Shown: piece by piece, positions 17,831-27,759 of the stretch | Position numbering within the stretch: position 1 is the first letter of the stretch | Layout: each line of letters begins with the position of its first letter | DNA from: Minisyncoccota bacterium | GTDB taxonomy: Bacteria; Patescibacteriota; Minisyncoccia; Phycocordibacterales; UBA2100 | DNA: 64,000 nucleotides | Direction: 5' to 3' | NCBI GenBank assembly: GCA_031291875.1 | Contig: JARLIE010000040.1 | Location: forward strand, 3,011 to 67,010 | Program-made: the position numbers and the translations under genes | The notes under the pieces: generated by a model | Told to the model about the DNA's origin: nothing | Database searches by the model: none | What the model saw: the letters and a program-made list of their open reading frames with translations, nothing else

Positions 17831-20020
17831 ATGCAAAAGAAAGAATATTCCGTCGAGATTGGCGGAAAAACTATGACGGCAGAATTCAACGACTGGGCAG
17901 ACCAGGCGAATGGCTCCGTTTTGTTGCGGTACGGCAATTCTGCGGTACTCGCGACAGCAGTAATGAGCGGGAAGGAATCGAATCTCGATTATTTTCCGCT
18001 TTCCGTTGAGTACGAGGAGAAATTTTACGCCGCGGGAGCGATACTTGGCTCGCGCTTCATGCGCCGCGAAGGTAGGCCTTCCGAAGAGGCTGTCCTCTCC
18101 GGCCGAATCGTCGACCGAACCATCAGACCGCTCTTCCCCAAGGGTCTCAAGCGTGACGTACAGGTCATCATCAGCGTCCTTTCGATTGAAGATTACGATA
18201 CCGACGTCCTGGCCGTGAACGCCGCTTCGCTCGCACTTGCTACATCCGATATCCCATGGAACGGACCTGTATCTGCTATGCGCGTTGACCTGAATAACGA
18301 AGGGGAGTTTATCGTGAACCCGACCTATTCGGAACGAGAAGCAGAAGGGCAGCGGATGGACCTGCTCGCGTGCGGAAAAGACGGTCTGATCAACATGATC
18401 GAAGTCGGTGCGCACGAAGTTTCGGAGAATCTCCTAGAAAAAGGTCTCGCTCGAGCCAGTGAAGAGATCGAAAAGATACAGGCTTGGCAAAAGTCTATCA
18501 TTGCGGAACTCGGAAAAGAGAAGCAAGCCTTCACCGCACCGGAAAGCAGCCCTGAAGTACAAGCCCTCTTCAAAGAGGTTGTTGAACCTAAACTCGATGA
18601 TGCCGTATTCGGCTCTACTGATGGTAATCTTGGAAAGAAAAACATGGGGGCTCTGAAGAGCGAGTGGGTAAAGGCAGCTGCTGCCGCGTTCCCCGACACG
18701 AAACCGAGCGTCTTTGACGCTTTATACGAAGAGCGCGTCGACGAATATATCCACCAGCAAGCGATTACGAAGAACCGCCGCGCGGACGGTCGAGCGATGG
18801 ACGAGATCCGTCCGCTCTACGCGCAAGCTGGTGGCCTGTCCCCAGTCGTCCACGGAGCAGGCATCTTTTACCGCGGCGCTACTCACGTTCTTGCCGCTCT
18901 TACACTTGCAGGCCCTGGCGACGCTCAACTCGTCGACACCATCGAGTACCAAGAAGCGAAGAAAACATTCATGCTTCACTACAACTTTCCGCCGTTCAGC
19001 GTCGGTGAAACAGGTCGCGTTGGCGGTATGAACCGTCGAATGATCGGCCACGGCGCACTCGCGGAAAAAGCTTTGCGCGCAGTGCTTCCGAACAAAGATA
19101 TTTTCCCTTATACGATCCGTATCGTTGCTGAATCGCTTGCCTCGAACGGCTCGACTTCGATGGCCAGCGTATGCGCCGGAACATTGTCGCTCATGGATGC
19201 TGGTGTTCCGATCAAGCGTCCAGTTGCTGGTATCGCGATGGGAATGATGTCAGATGCGAAAGCGGGCGCATACAAAGTGCTGACTGACATTCAGGGTCCC
19301 GAAGACCACCACGGCGATATGGACTTCAAGGTCGCCGGTACCGCCGAAGGCGTGACCGCCGTACAAATGGACGTGAAAGTAGAAGGTGTTCCGCTTACGG
19401 TACTTTCAGAGGCATTCCAACAAGCGAAAAAGGCTCGCATGCAGATTCTCGATGTGATCACCGCAGAGATCGCGGCGCCACGCGCAGATATTTCTCCTCG
19501 CGCACCGAAGATTCTCACCACGAAGGTCAAGGTCGACCAGATCGGTCTGGTCATCGGGCCAGGCGGGAAGACCATCAATGGGATCAAAGAACGCACCAAA
19601 GCGGATGACATTACCATCGAAGATGACGGTTCGGTCTTCGTCACAGGCAAAAATGGTGCTGCTGAAGCGGCGCTCAAAGAAATCATCGACCTTACTCGTG
19701 ATTACGAGATTGGCGAGCGTTTTGAAGGTCCGGTGACCCGTCTTATGGACTTCGGTGCCTTCGTAAAAATCGGCCCGAACACAGAAGGCTTGGTGCACGT
19801 CTCCGAAGTGGCGCCGTTCCGAATCGCAAAAATCTCGGACGCCGTGCAACTTGGTGACATCGTTCCGGTCGTCCTGAAAGAAATTGACGAGAAAGGGCGG
19901 TATAATCTCTCAATCAAGGCAGCAGATCCGGATTTCGCCGCTCGCAAAGGCTTGAAACCGTCCGCAGGCCCTGACCACAATGAACGACGACGAGAAGACC
20001 GTCCCCGAAGACACGAATAA
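17831..20020 (+). CDS. pnp: Polyribonucleotide nucleotidyltransferase
   Basis: FPLSVEYEEK, RREGRPS, FMLHYNFPPFSVGE, SNGSTSMAS, GDMDFKVAGT, KH and S1 domains. Confidence 0.97.
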   Translation: MQKKEYSVEIGGKTMTAEFNDWADQANGSVLLRYGNSAVLATAVMSGKESNLDYFPLSVEYEEKFYAAGAILGSRFMRREGRPSEEAVLSGRIVDRTIRPLFPKGLKRDVQVIISVLSIEDYDTDVLAVNAASLALATSDIPWNGPVSAMRVDLNNEGEFIVNPTYSEREAEGQRMDLLACGKDGLINMIEVGAHEVSENLLEKGLARASEEIEKIQAWQKSIIAELGKEKQAFTAPESSPEVQALFKEVVEPKLDDAVFGSTDGNLGKKNMGALKSEWVKAAAAAFPDTKPSVFDALYEERVDEYIHQQAITKNRRADGRAMDEIRPLYAQAGGLSPVVHGAGIFYRGATHVLAALTLAGPGDAQLVDTIEYQEAKKTFMLHYNFPPFSVGETGRVGGMNRRMIGHGALAEKALRAVLPNKDIFPYTIRIVAESLASNGSTSMASVCAGTLSLMDAGVPIKRPVAGIAMGMMSDAKAGAYKVLTDIQGPEDHHGDMDFKVAGTAEGVTAVQMDVKVEGVPLTVLSEAFQQAKKARMQILDVITAEIAAPRADISPRAPKILTTKVKVDQIGLVIGPGGKTINGIKERTKADDITIEDDGSVFVTGKNGAAEAALKEIIDLTRDYEIGERFEGPVTRLMDFGAFVKIGPNTEGLVHVSEVAPFRIAKISDAVQLGDIVPVVLKEIDEKGRYNLSIKAADPDFAARKGLKPSAGPDHNERRREDRPRRHE

Positions 20021-21209
20021 AATTCAGCAAAACGGTTTACCAGTGCCGCAGGCTGCATCCGTGCAACCTGCGGTTTCTGCTATACCGCAAACACAACCGA
20101 ACAGTGGCGGGCAAGGCGCGCCAGCGAGCGACTTCGCAAAAATCCTAAAAGAGATAAAACTTCCCGAAAGACGGGACTTTAAGGCCACCGCCGATATAAA
20201 AAAAGCAGCTCCGGAACCTGAGGCGGCCATTCTCGCGGAGCGAGTTATAAAAACAGCCTCAGCCCAAAGCCAAAAACCAGCCGCCGAGCAACAGCCCATT
20301 GAGGCCCCAAAAAACGAACGTTCGTCCTCGATTGTTTCTCCCGTGAGAACCCTTAAAGATGACTTGCAGACGGTGGTGCGCGAGCAAAAGATATCCTTGG
20401 TCCACGCAGCAACCTTGGAAGAAGAGAAAAAACACGGACAGGAACATCTGACGCCCGAGCAGAAGGAGATAAAAACACATAAATCGCGAAGAACCGCAGG
20501 CATCCTTTTTGCCTCGGCCGTCTTGATCTTCTTGGGTGTCGGAGCTGTTTTTGGCGTGTACTTGGTTATGCAGGAGCAGCAGGCAATACCTACCGTCCAG
20601 CAATCTTCGCTTCTGTTCGCGGAACAAACATTGAGTGTGCCCCTCAACAACCAGAATCCACAAAGTTTGAAGAGTATCCTCGCGCAGGCTAGAACCAAAT
20701 CATTGGGTAGTCTGGGCTCTATAACGAGGATCGTGCCGGTGGTACAAGCGACATCTACAAGCGGGGCAACTCAGACATCTCCAGCTTCAATCGCCCAGTT
20801 CTTCTCATCACTCGGAATCAATCCGCCGCAAGAACTTATGAATTCTATTGGACCTGACTTCTTCTTCGGTTTCCACGTTGTCGATACCAATGCTCCTTTA
20901 TTGATCATCCCGGTTACCTCGTACGACCACGCATTTGCAGGCATGCTTGCCTGGGAACCGAATCTTGATGCTGATCTGTCCCCAGTATTTACGAACGTTT
21001 CCATGACTGTACTAACGAATGGGGTTCCGATGCAACGGACATTCCAAGATACAGTCATGCGCAATTACGATGTTCGAGAACTGACCGATGACTCGGGAAA
21101 CGTCGTGCTCTATTATTCGTTTCCGACACCGAATATTCTCGTGATCGCTCAAAGTCCATATTCATTCACGGAAATCCTGAGTCGGTTGCAAGCTGCTCGG
21201 AAACTTTGA
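19980..21209 (+). CDS. Hypothetical single-TM protein
   Basis: 409 aa: disordered cytoplasmic N-terminus, TM helix, extracellular domain (AFAGMLAWE). Confidence 0.75.
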   Translation: MNDDEKTVPEDTNKIQQNGLPVPQAASVQPAVSAIPQTQPNSGGQGAPASDFAKILKEIKLPERRDFKATADIKKAAPEPEAAILAERVIKTASAQSQKPAAEQQPIEAPKNERSSSIVSPVRTLKDDLQTVVREQKISLVHAATLEEEKKHGQEHLTPEQKEIKTHKSRRTAGILFASAVLIFLGVGAVFGVYLVMQEQQAIPTVQQSSLLFAEQTLSVPLNNQNPQSLKSILAQARTKSLGSLGSITRIVPVVQATSTSGATQTSPASIAQFFSSLGINPPQELMNSIGPDFFFGFHVVDTNAPLLIIPVTSYDHAFAGMLAWEPNLDADLSPVFTNVSMTVLTNGVPMQRTFQDTVMRNYDVRELTDDSGNVVLYYSFPTPNILVIAQSPYSFTEILSRLQAARKL

Positions 21210-21246
21210 TATTGGTTGCGTTTTAGTTTTTGGTATACTTTCGGTC

Positions 21247-21615
21247 ATGAAGATACCACAGGAAGACATTGAAGAATTACGAGGTGAACTCGAAGCTGAG
21301 CGCGACTCCCTTGAGGAAGAGCTTGCGTCGCACGGACGTGTTCAGAACGATACGGGCGAGTGGGAAGGAGCTTCTATAGGCTTTGAGGGCGAAGAGGCCG
21401 ATCCCAACGACGTGGCGGATCAGATCGAAGAGCTCGCAACCAATATTCCGCTAGTAAAGGAACTGGAGGGACGACACACGGACGCGATAGACGCGCTTGA
21501 AAAAATGGACGAGGGTGTCTATGGGATTTGCGAAGAATGCGACGAGCCAATCGATCTCGATCGACTGAAAGCAAACCCTTCTGCCCGCACGTGCATAAAA
21601 CACGCCGATCGATAG
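21247..21615 (+). CDS. TraR/DksA C4-type zinc finger protein
   Basis: Coiled coil with DVAD, then GICEEC...RLKANPSARTCIKH. Confidence 0.9.
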   Translation: MKIPQEDIEELRGELEAERDSLEEELASHGRVQNDTGEWEGASIGFEGEEADPNDVADQIEELATNIPLVKELEGRHTDAIDALEKMDEGVYGICEECDEPIDLDRLKANPSARTCIKHADR

Positions 21616-21637
21616 CGAGTGATATAATTGACCCACT

Positions 21638-23170
21638 ATGGGGTCAAACTTCGCTCGCGTTTTCGCGGCGCAGCCTGCTTTGCCTGCTGCACAATTAGTC
21701 TCGGTGGAGGCTGATCTTGCTCGAGGTTTGCATGCATTTTCAATCGTAGGGCTGCCTGATAAAGCGGTAGAAGAGGCACGCGACCGTGTCGCGAGCGCTA
21801 TTAAAAATTCGGGCCTTACGTCACCGAAAAGTACAAACAAAAAGATCGTCATATCACTTGCGCCCGCTGAACTCAAAAAAGAAGGTGCTGCATTCGATTT
21901 GCCCGTTGCGCTCGCGTATTTGCTTGCAGCAGAGGATTGTGAGTTTGACCCTGCTGGGAAACTTTTTGCAGGTGAGCTCGCGCTCGATGGCACGCTTCGA
22001 CCAATTCGAGGCGCCCTTTCCATAGCACTTCTCGCAAAAAGAGAAGACTTCAAAGAAGTGTACGTACCTGAGGAGAATGCCGAAGAGGCTTCGCTTGTTT
22101 CCGGTATTTCGGTTATGCCGGTGAGAACGCTCTCGGACGTACTTACACATCTTGATAAGAAAAAGGAATTCACGCTCTTACCCCATACGAACGTACGAAA
22201 ACTGATCCCGGTCGAGGTTGCTGAATTCTCTTTGAGTGAGATCCGTGGCCAAGAGAGTGCGAAACGAGGACTTGAGATTGCAGCCGCTGGGCGACACAAT
22301 ATCGCGCTTTATGGGCCTCCCGGCACCGGCAAAACAATGCTTGCACGAGCGGCATCGGCGCTTCTCCCGCCGCTTTCGGAAGATGAAATTATCGAAGTCA
22401 CAACGATTCACTCGCTTGCGGGCACGCTTCACTCAGGCGCAATGTTTCACCCACCGTTTCGCTCGCCGCATCACACGTCGAGCTACGCATCACTTATAGG
22501 CGGTGGGGTGGTGCCCCGCCCCGGCGAAGTCACCCTCGCCCATCGCGGGCTCTTGTTCTTGGATGAGTTTCCTGAGTTTCATCGTGATGTCGTGAATGCG
22601 CTACGCGAACCGCTCGAAGATTCGAAGGTATCGGTTTCACGAGCTCGTGGGACCGCAACGTTTCCTGCTAATTTTATGCTCATCGCCGCGCTCAATCCAT
22701 GTCCGTGTGGAAAATATGGAACATCTGAATGCAAATGTACTCCGCTATCGATAGAACGATACCGACGTAAAATCTCTGGTCCGGTCGCTGATCGTATCGA
22801 TATGTGGGTTCACGTCGGAGAAATGCCTCCGGAAAAACTCGCTCAGCACGCAAAGCAAAATGCCCGTGAAACGCAAGAGGTTCGCGAGCGGATCATGAGC
22901 GCACGAAAACGACAATCTGAACGTTTTATCGACATCAAGGATGTCTCGACTAACGCTGATATGGGTCCAAAAGAAATTGAATCATCTGCAAATCTTTCTA
23001 TAAAAGCGGAGGAGACACTACTCTCGGCGGCACGCCAATTAAAACTTTCCGCACGCGGATATCACCGGACCATTAAGCTCGCCCGCACAATCGCGGACCT
23101 CGCCGAACGTGAATCAATAGAGTCCTCACACATGTTGGAAGCACTGCAGTATCGCCAGCGTGAACTCTAG
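21638..23170 (+). CDS. comM: ComM/YifB Mg-chelatase-like AAA+ helicase
   Basis: IVGLPDKAVEEARDRV, GPPGTGKTMLA, PFRSPHH, LAHRGLLFLDEFPEF, NPCPCG. Confidence 0.93.
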   Translation: MGSNFARVFAAQPALPAAQLVSVEADLARGLHAFSIVGLPDKAVEEARDRVASAIKNSGLTSPKSTNKKIVISLAPAELKKEGAAFDLPVALAYLLAAEDCEFDPAGKLFAGELALDGTLRPIRGALSIALLAKREDFKEVYVPEENAEEASLVSGISVMPVRTLSDVLTHLDKKKEFTLLPHTNVRKLIPVEVAEFSLSEIRGQESAKRGLEIAAAGRHNIALYGPPGTGKTMLARAASALLPPLSEDEIIEVTTIHSLAGTLHSGAMFHPPFRSPHHTSSYASLIGGGVVPRPGEVTLAHRGLLFLDEFPEFHRDVVNALREPLEDSKVSVSRARGTATFPANFMLIAALNPCPCGKYGTSECKCTPLSIERYRRKISGPVADRIDMWVHVGEMPPEKLAQHAKQNARETQEVRERIMSARKRQSERFIDIKDVSTNADMGPKEIESSANLSIKAEETLLSAARQLKLSARGYHRTIKLARTIADLAERESIESSHMLEALQYRQREL

Positions 23171-23242
23171 GCTAGCTACGGCTTACAAAAGCACCATCAA
23201 TACGAGGAGAACCTTGCGCCAAAAAGAAACATTGGTCATACG

Positions 23243-24376
23243 CTAGAAAGGATTACGAATGCCGTCGCGGATTTCGAAGTGCAGGTGAGGTCCCGTGGCA
23301 TCGCCTGTTTCTCCCACGTACCCGATCACCTGTCCTTGAACTACCGGTTCACCGTCGTACGCAGCAACCTTACTCATGTGGCCATACAATGTTTGCGCGC
23401 CGTTGGGGTGTTGGATAACAACGTAGCTACCGTAACCTCCATTCCAACCTCCTGAGCGAGCAACAATAACCGTTCCGTCTGCTGAAGCCATAATAGGGGA
23501 GCCGATTGATGCAGCCAGGTCGACTGCATTGTATCCGTGGATACCTTGAGTCTGAACGAAATGTGCGAGCGGAGAAATATAGTACGCGTCCTGCTGACAT
23601 GAGCCAATCGGACCGACGTTGTGCGAGGGCTCTGCCGGATTATCTGCGTCCGGAATAAATGTTCCGCAATCTCCAGCCGTACCGTGTAGGACCTTGGTCG
23701 AAGCGGCTGACTTACCCGGTTTGGTACTTGCCGTTGCTCCCTTTGTTGTTGCAAGCGCGGGTGATGCCGAAGCTTCACCATTAGGGATAATAATTTGTGT
23801 GCCGACAGCCAAGCTAGAGTCGTCGATATTGTTATATGATTCGATTTCAGTTACGTCGCCGTCGAATGCCTTTGCGATCGACTCGATCGTATCGCCCTTT
23901 TTGACGGTGTATTGGACTCCTGCGATAGGCAAAATCACAAGCTGATCGCCCGGCTGCAGTACGGCACTGCGAGGCAGATCGTTCGCCGAAAGAATGGTTC
24001 CAGTCGTGACGCCGAAAAGTTTCGCAATGCTTGAAAGGGTATCTCCAGGCTGCACGACGTACACGCTAATAGTCGGGTTTGCTGGTTTTACGATATCGGC
24101 GAGAGTGCCCGCGGGGCCTTCTTCCGAAATCAGGGCCGTATTATCTACAATAGTTACGTTTCCATCGCCGACACCTGGAGTTGGGTCAATATTATTGGCA
24201 GGTTGTAGCACAGACATCATCTGGAGATTCGGAGTCATCGTCGCGCTCGCTGAAGACGACACATCGGCGCTCAAATTTCCAAAAACAGATGAGGCGCGAG
24301 CGAAAGCTGGCACAATAGTGCCTAGTACGATGAGTACTGAGAGAAGTGAAGCTGCCGAGCCTAAGGCTCGCTGCAA
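23243..24376 (-). CDS. LysM-LysM-M23 peptidoglycan peptidase
   Basis: Signal/TM, two LysM repeats (YVVQPGDTLSSIA; YTVKKGDTIESIA), M23 motifs HGYNAVD, LYGHM, TGPHLHFE. Confidence 0.9.
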   Translation of the reverse strand: MQRALGSAASLLSVLIVLGTIVPAFARASSVFGNLSADVSSSASATMTPNLQMMSVLQPANNIDPTPGVGDGNVTIVDNTALISEEGPAGTLADIVKPANPTISVYVVQPGDTLSSIAKLFGVTTGTILSANDLPRSAVLQPGDQLVILPIAGVQYTVKKGDTIESIAKAFDGDVTEIESYNNIDDSSLAVGTQIIIPNGEASASPALATTKGATASTKPGKSAASTKVLHGTAGDCGTFIPDADNPAEPSHNVGPIGSCQQDAYYISPLAHFVQTQGIHGYNAVDLAASIGSPIMASADGTVIVARSGGWNGGYGSYVVIQHPNGAQTLYGHMSKVAAYDGEPVVQGQVIGYVGETGDATGPHLHFEIRDGIRNPF

Positions 24377-24567
24377 TTTGGCTCTATTACTTGCCTTTTT
24401 GAAGGCTTCGGATTCTGATTTTCGTTTTTCGATATGCTTTTCCGACGGCTGTCCCGACTATTCCATGTGCAAAAGGCCTCCAAGGCCCCAGCAATAAATA
24501 AGAGTAGACTTTAAGCCGTTTTTTGACGATGGCGGATACGGAGTAACTGAAATACCGCTTTGTTAAG

Positions 24568-24660
24568 CCCTTTTTTCTGAAATGGCAGTCGGTTTGGGAG
24601 AAGGGAAACACCACCGCTGGGTTCATGCTACCGTCATTGGGTCTTCAGAGTCAATTCATC
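24568..24660 (-). promoter_or_regulatory. Candidate structured leader resembling a c-di-AMP (ydaO/yuaA) riboswitch
   Basis: Motif order GATGAAT..TCTGAAGACCCA..TGAACC..GGTGG..CCCTTCT.CCCAAACCGACTGCCATTTCAGA..AAGGG; recognised by eye only. Confidence 0.35.
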
Positions 24661-24725
24661 ATGAACTAGGACGGTGGATAGCAATTTTGTCAAATTTTAC
24701 CAGATCGACATGCTATAGTCGCCCA

Positions 24726-26615
24726 GTGAAATACCTCGACGGCCTCAATGAACGCCAAAAAGAAGCTGCAAGTAGCATCGATGGTCCCTTACTGATTGTT
24801 GCTGGCGCTGGCGCTGGTAAAACCAAAACGATTACGCATCGTATCGCACATCTTATAGATGTCGGGGTCCCCGCACATGCGATAGTGGCGGTTACTTTTA
24901 CCAATAAAGCCGCTGGCGAGATGCGCGAACGCGTCCGATCCTTGGTCCCTCCGGGAAGAGGGGTTCCGCTGGTAACAACCTTTCATAGTCTGGGTGTTCG
25001 GCTCCTACGTGAATTCCATGAAGCAGCTCGATTGCCGCGGAGCTTTACGATCTGGGATCGGGATGACTCAATGCGGGCCCTAAAGCGAATCGTGGAAAGT
25101 GTTAATTCGGACCTACCGCCTCGAAGTGCGCTTTCCGTGATCTCAAGACAAAAAGGGGACGGTGTTTCTTTGAAAGAGTATGCGGCCTCGGCAAGCGATT
25201 ATCGTGCACAACAGGTCGCGCGCATTTGGGAAAAGTACGATGCCGAACTCAAAGAAGAGGGGGCGCTCGACTTTGACGACCTGCTCTTGAAAACACTCGA
25301 GCTGCTTCGTACTTCTCCTGAGGTGAGGACACTTCTCCAGAACCGCTGGCAGTACATCACCATCGATGAGTATCAAGATACCAACAAGTCTCAATATGAG
25401 ATCGCTCGCATTCTCGCTGGTGAAAAAAGGAACATTTGCGTCGTCGGCGATATTGATCAAAACATCTATAGCTGGCGCGGAGCGCAGATCGATCACCTGC
25501 TCGATTTCGAAAAAAACTTTCCCGGTACCAAAGTGGTTCTGCTTGAACAAAATTATCGCTCGACCCGCACCATTCTTGCTGCCGCAAATTCAATTATTCA
25601 GAAGAATCGTCGACGAGTCCCTAAAAATCTTTTTACCGACAATCCGGTAGGGGAAGCGATCCAGACGTTTGGCGCACGAAACGATATCGAAGAGGCGTGG
25701 TTTGTGGCAGATCGGACAGCGCAAATGATCGAACAAGGGGTACCTCCAAAGGAAATCGCCGTATTATATAGAGAGAATTTCCAATCGCGTGCCTTGGAAG
25801 AAGCGATGCTTGCGGCTGGAATTCCTTACCGCGTGCTGGGTACGAGATTCTTTGATCGCAAAGAAGTGAAAGATGTACTCTCGTATTTGCGCGCTGCGAT
25901 GAATCCGAAGAGTAAGGTCGACATGGGGCGTATAGTCGCGGTACCGTCACGAGGCATCGGAAAAGTGACTCTCGAAAAGATCCTTGAGGGTAAAGATAAC
26001 GAACTTTCCGGCGCGGCGAAATCAAAAGTATTGTCGTTTAGGACATCGCTCACAAAGATCAAGCACGCGATTGAAAACCTTCCGTGTTCGGAGGCTGTCG
26101 CGTACGCTGCGGAAGAAAGCGGCATAGATGCGATGTTAAAAAATCAGGGCGATGAGGGTAAAGAGCGGCTCGATAACGTTCGAGAGCTCGTGAATTTCGC
26201 GACCCGTTATGACGATTTTCCTCCCTTTGAGGGGATCGAGCGACTCTTGGAAGAGGCGGCCTTGCAGAGCGATCAGGATCAGCTCGCGCACGATGTACGA
26301 AATTCAGTTGCTCTCATGACGGTGCATGCCTCGAAGGGACTTGAATTCAATACGGTATTCATAACGGGACTTGAGCAAGGTCTATTTCCATCTGAGCGCG
26401 AGGGAGGCGGCGAACGAGACCCGGAAGAAGAGCGACGATTGTTTTATGTTGCGATCACGCGAGCAAAATCACGAGTATTCCTTTGTTATGCGAGAGAACG
26501 CTTGCGATGGGGTTCGCGCGAGTATACGCTTCCTTCCGAATTCCTCAGTGAGATCGACGATCGGCTTTTACAGCCAGCCGGTTTCGATGATGGCGAACAG
26601 ACGATACATATATGA
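24726..26615 (+). CDS. pcrA: UvrD/PcrA helicase
   Basis: AGAGAGKTKT, FTNKAA, IDEYQDTN, VGDIDQNIYSWRGA, MTVHASKGLEF, EERRLFYVAITRA; GTG start. Confidence 0.95.
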   Translation: MKYLDGLNERQKEAASSIDGPLLIVAGAGAGKTKTITHRIAHLIDVGVPAHAIVAVTFTNKAAGEMRERVRSLVPPGRGVPLVTTFHSLGVRLLREFHEAARLPRSFTIWDRDDSMRALKRIVESVNSDLPPRSALSVISRQKGDGVSLKEYAASASDYRAQQVARIWEKYDAELKEEGALDFDDLLLKTLELLRTSPEVRTLLQNRWQYITIDEYQDTNKSQYEIARILAGEKRNICVVGDIDQNIYSWRGAQIDHLLDFEKNFPGTKVVLLEQNYRSTRTILAAANSIIQKNRRRVPKNLFTDNPVGEAIQTFGARNDIEEAWFVADRTAQMIEQGVPPKEIAVLYRENFQSRALEEAMLAAGIPYRVLGTRFFDRKEVKDVLSYLRAAMNPKSKVDMGRIVAVPSRGIGKVTLEKILEGKDNELSGAAKSKVLSFRTSLTKIKHAIENLPCSEAVAYAAEESGIDAMLKNQGDEGKERLDNVRELVNFATRYDDFPPFEGIERLLEEAALQSDQDQLAHDVRNSVALMTVHASKGLEFNTVFITGLEQGLFPSEREGGGERDPEEERRLFYVAITRAKSRVFLCYARERLRWGSREYTLPSEFLSEIDDRLLQPAGFDDGEQTIHI

Positions 26616-27406
26616 AGCACCGGCGCGGAGCAAGACTCGGACAGCATTTTCTGACCGGAACTTGGGCTGCTGAAAAACTCGTTGAGTCTGCGCTGATAAC
26701 GTCGCAAGATACCGTCCTCGAGATCGGGCCGGGAAAGGGCGCGCTCACGGGTGAAATCCTTAAAACTGGCGCACGCGTTGTTGCAATCGAGAAAGATGAT
26801 GCATTACCCGAACAACTTCGTTCAACGTTCCGTTCTGAAATTGATGCGGGACGACTGCAGGTAATCGAAGGGGACGTTCGAGATTTTGATCCTGAGCAGT
26901 GCGAGCCGCTCGCTAAAGGATATATTCTCGCCGCAAACATTCCGTACTACATAACCGGCGAGATCATTCGTCAGTTTCTTACTTCATCGCGTCAGCCGAG
27001 CACGATGGCTTTATTGATCCAAAAGGAAGTGGCTGACCGAATTCTCGCGAGAGATGGCAAGGAAAGTATTCTTTCGCTGTCGGTCAAAGCATACGGCGTA
27101 CCCGAAATTGCCGCGAAGGTTTCAAAAGGGAACTTTACTCCGCCGCCGCAGGTCGATTCCGCGATCCTGGTCGTGCGAACTATTTCAAAAGATTTATTTG
27201 ATCAGATTAGCGAGGAGCATTTCTTTCGCGTCGTGCGAACCGGCTTCTCCTCGAAGAGGAAATTCCTTGCCAGCAACCTATCGAATGAATTTGAACGCTC
27301 GACTGTTGTATCCGCTCTTCAGTCCTGTGGTTTATCTGAAAAAGTTCGATCAGAAGACGTTGCACTCGAGCAATGGAAACAAATCGCCTTAAGCTTATTG
27401 CGATGA
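26612..27406 (+). CDS. rsmA: 16S rRNA dimethyladenosine transferase
   Basis: LGQHFL, VLEIGPGKGALT, ANIPYYIT, FTPPPQVDSA. Confidence 0.96.
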   Translation: MKHRRGARLGQHFLTGTWAAEKLVESALITSQDTVLEIGPGKGALTGEILKTGARVVAIEKDDALPEQLRSTFRSEIDAGRLQVIEGDVRDFDPEQCEPLAKGYILAANIPYYITGEIIRQFLTSSRQPSTMALLIQKEVADRILARDGKESILSLSVKAYGVPEIAAKVSKGNFTPPPQVDSAILVVRTISKDLFDQISEEHFFRVVRTGFSSKRKFLASNLSNEFERSTVVSALQSCGLSEKVRSEDVALEQWKQIALSLLR

Positions 27407-27712
27407 ACCCATCATCGTAATCGCGATTCCGGTGTATACGATGATCGGCTCGATGGAAACGAGGCAGTAGTAGGGTGGGCTGGCGAGCCCTAAGAGCCAT
27501 TGGCCAGAGTGTGATGGGGGACCGAACTCGTAAGTAACCGTTGAGGGAGTCCACACAAATTGACCGCCACGCGGCGGCCCGACATTGGCCCAGATGGCGT
27601 CGTTGTAACAAAAAATCACCTGTCCTATCTGACCGCCGAAGGGAAACGCGAACGTGGTCGTCGGAAACGTGAGTGCGATCAGCGCAAATGTCGCAAGACC
27701 GCGCAGTTTCAT
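27395..27712 (-). CDS. Small secreted protein
   Basis: Signal peptide (AFA cleavage), two Cys; divergent from the T4SS-like locus. Confidence 0.7.
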   Translation of the reverse strand: MKLRGLATFALIALTFPTTTFAFPFGGQIGQVIFCYNDAIWANVGPPRGGQFVWTPSTVTYEFGPPSHSGQWLLGLASPPYYCLVSIEPIIVYTGIAITMMGSSQ

Positions 27713-27759
27713 GCCTCAATCGTAGCATACCGGTCAAAAGCGAGTGGTATAGTTTTCAC

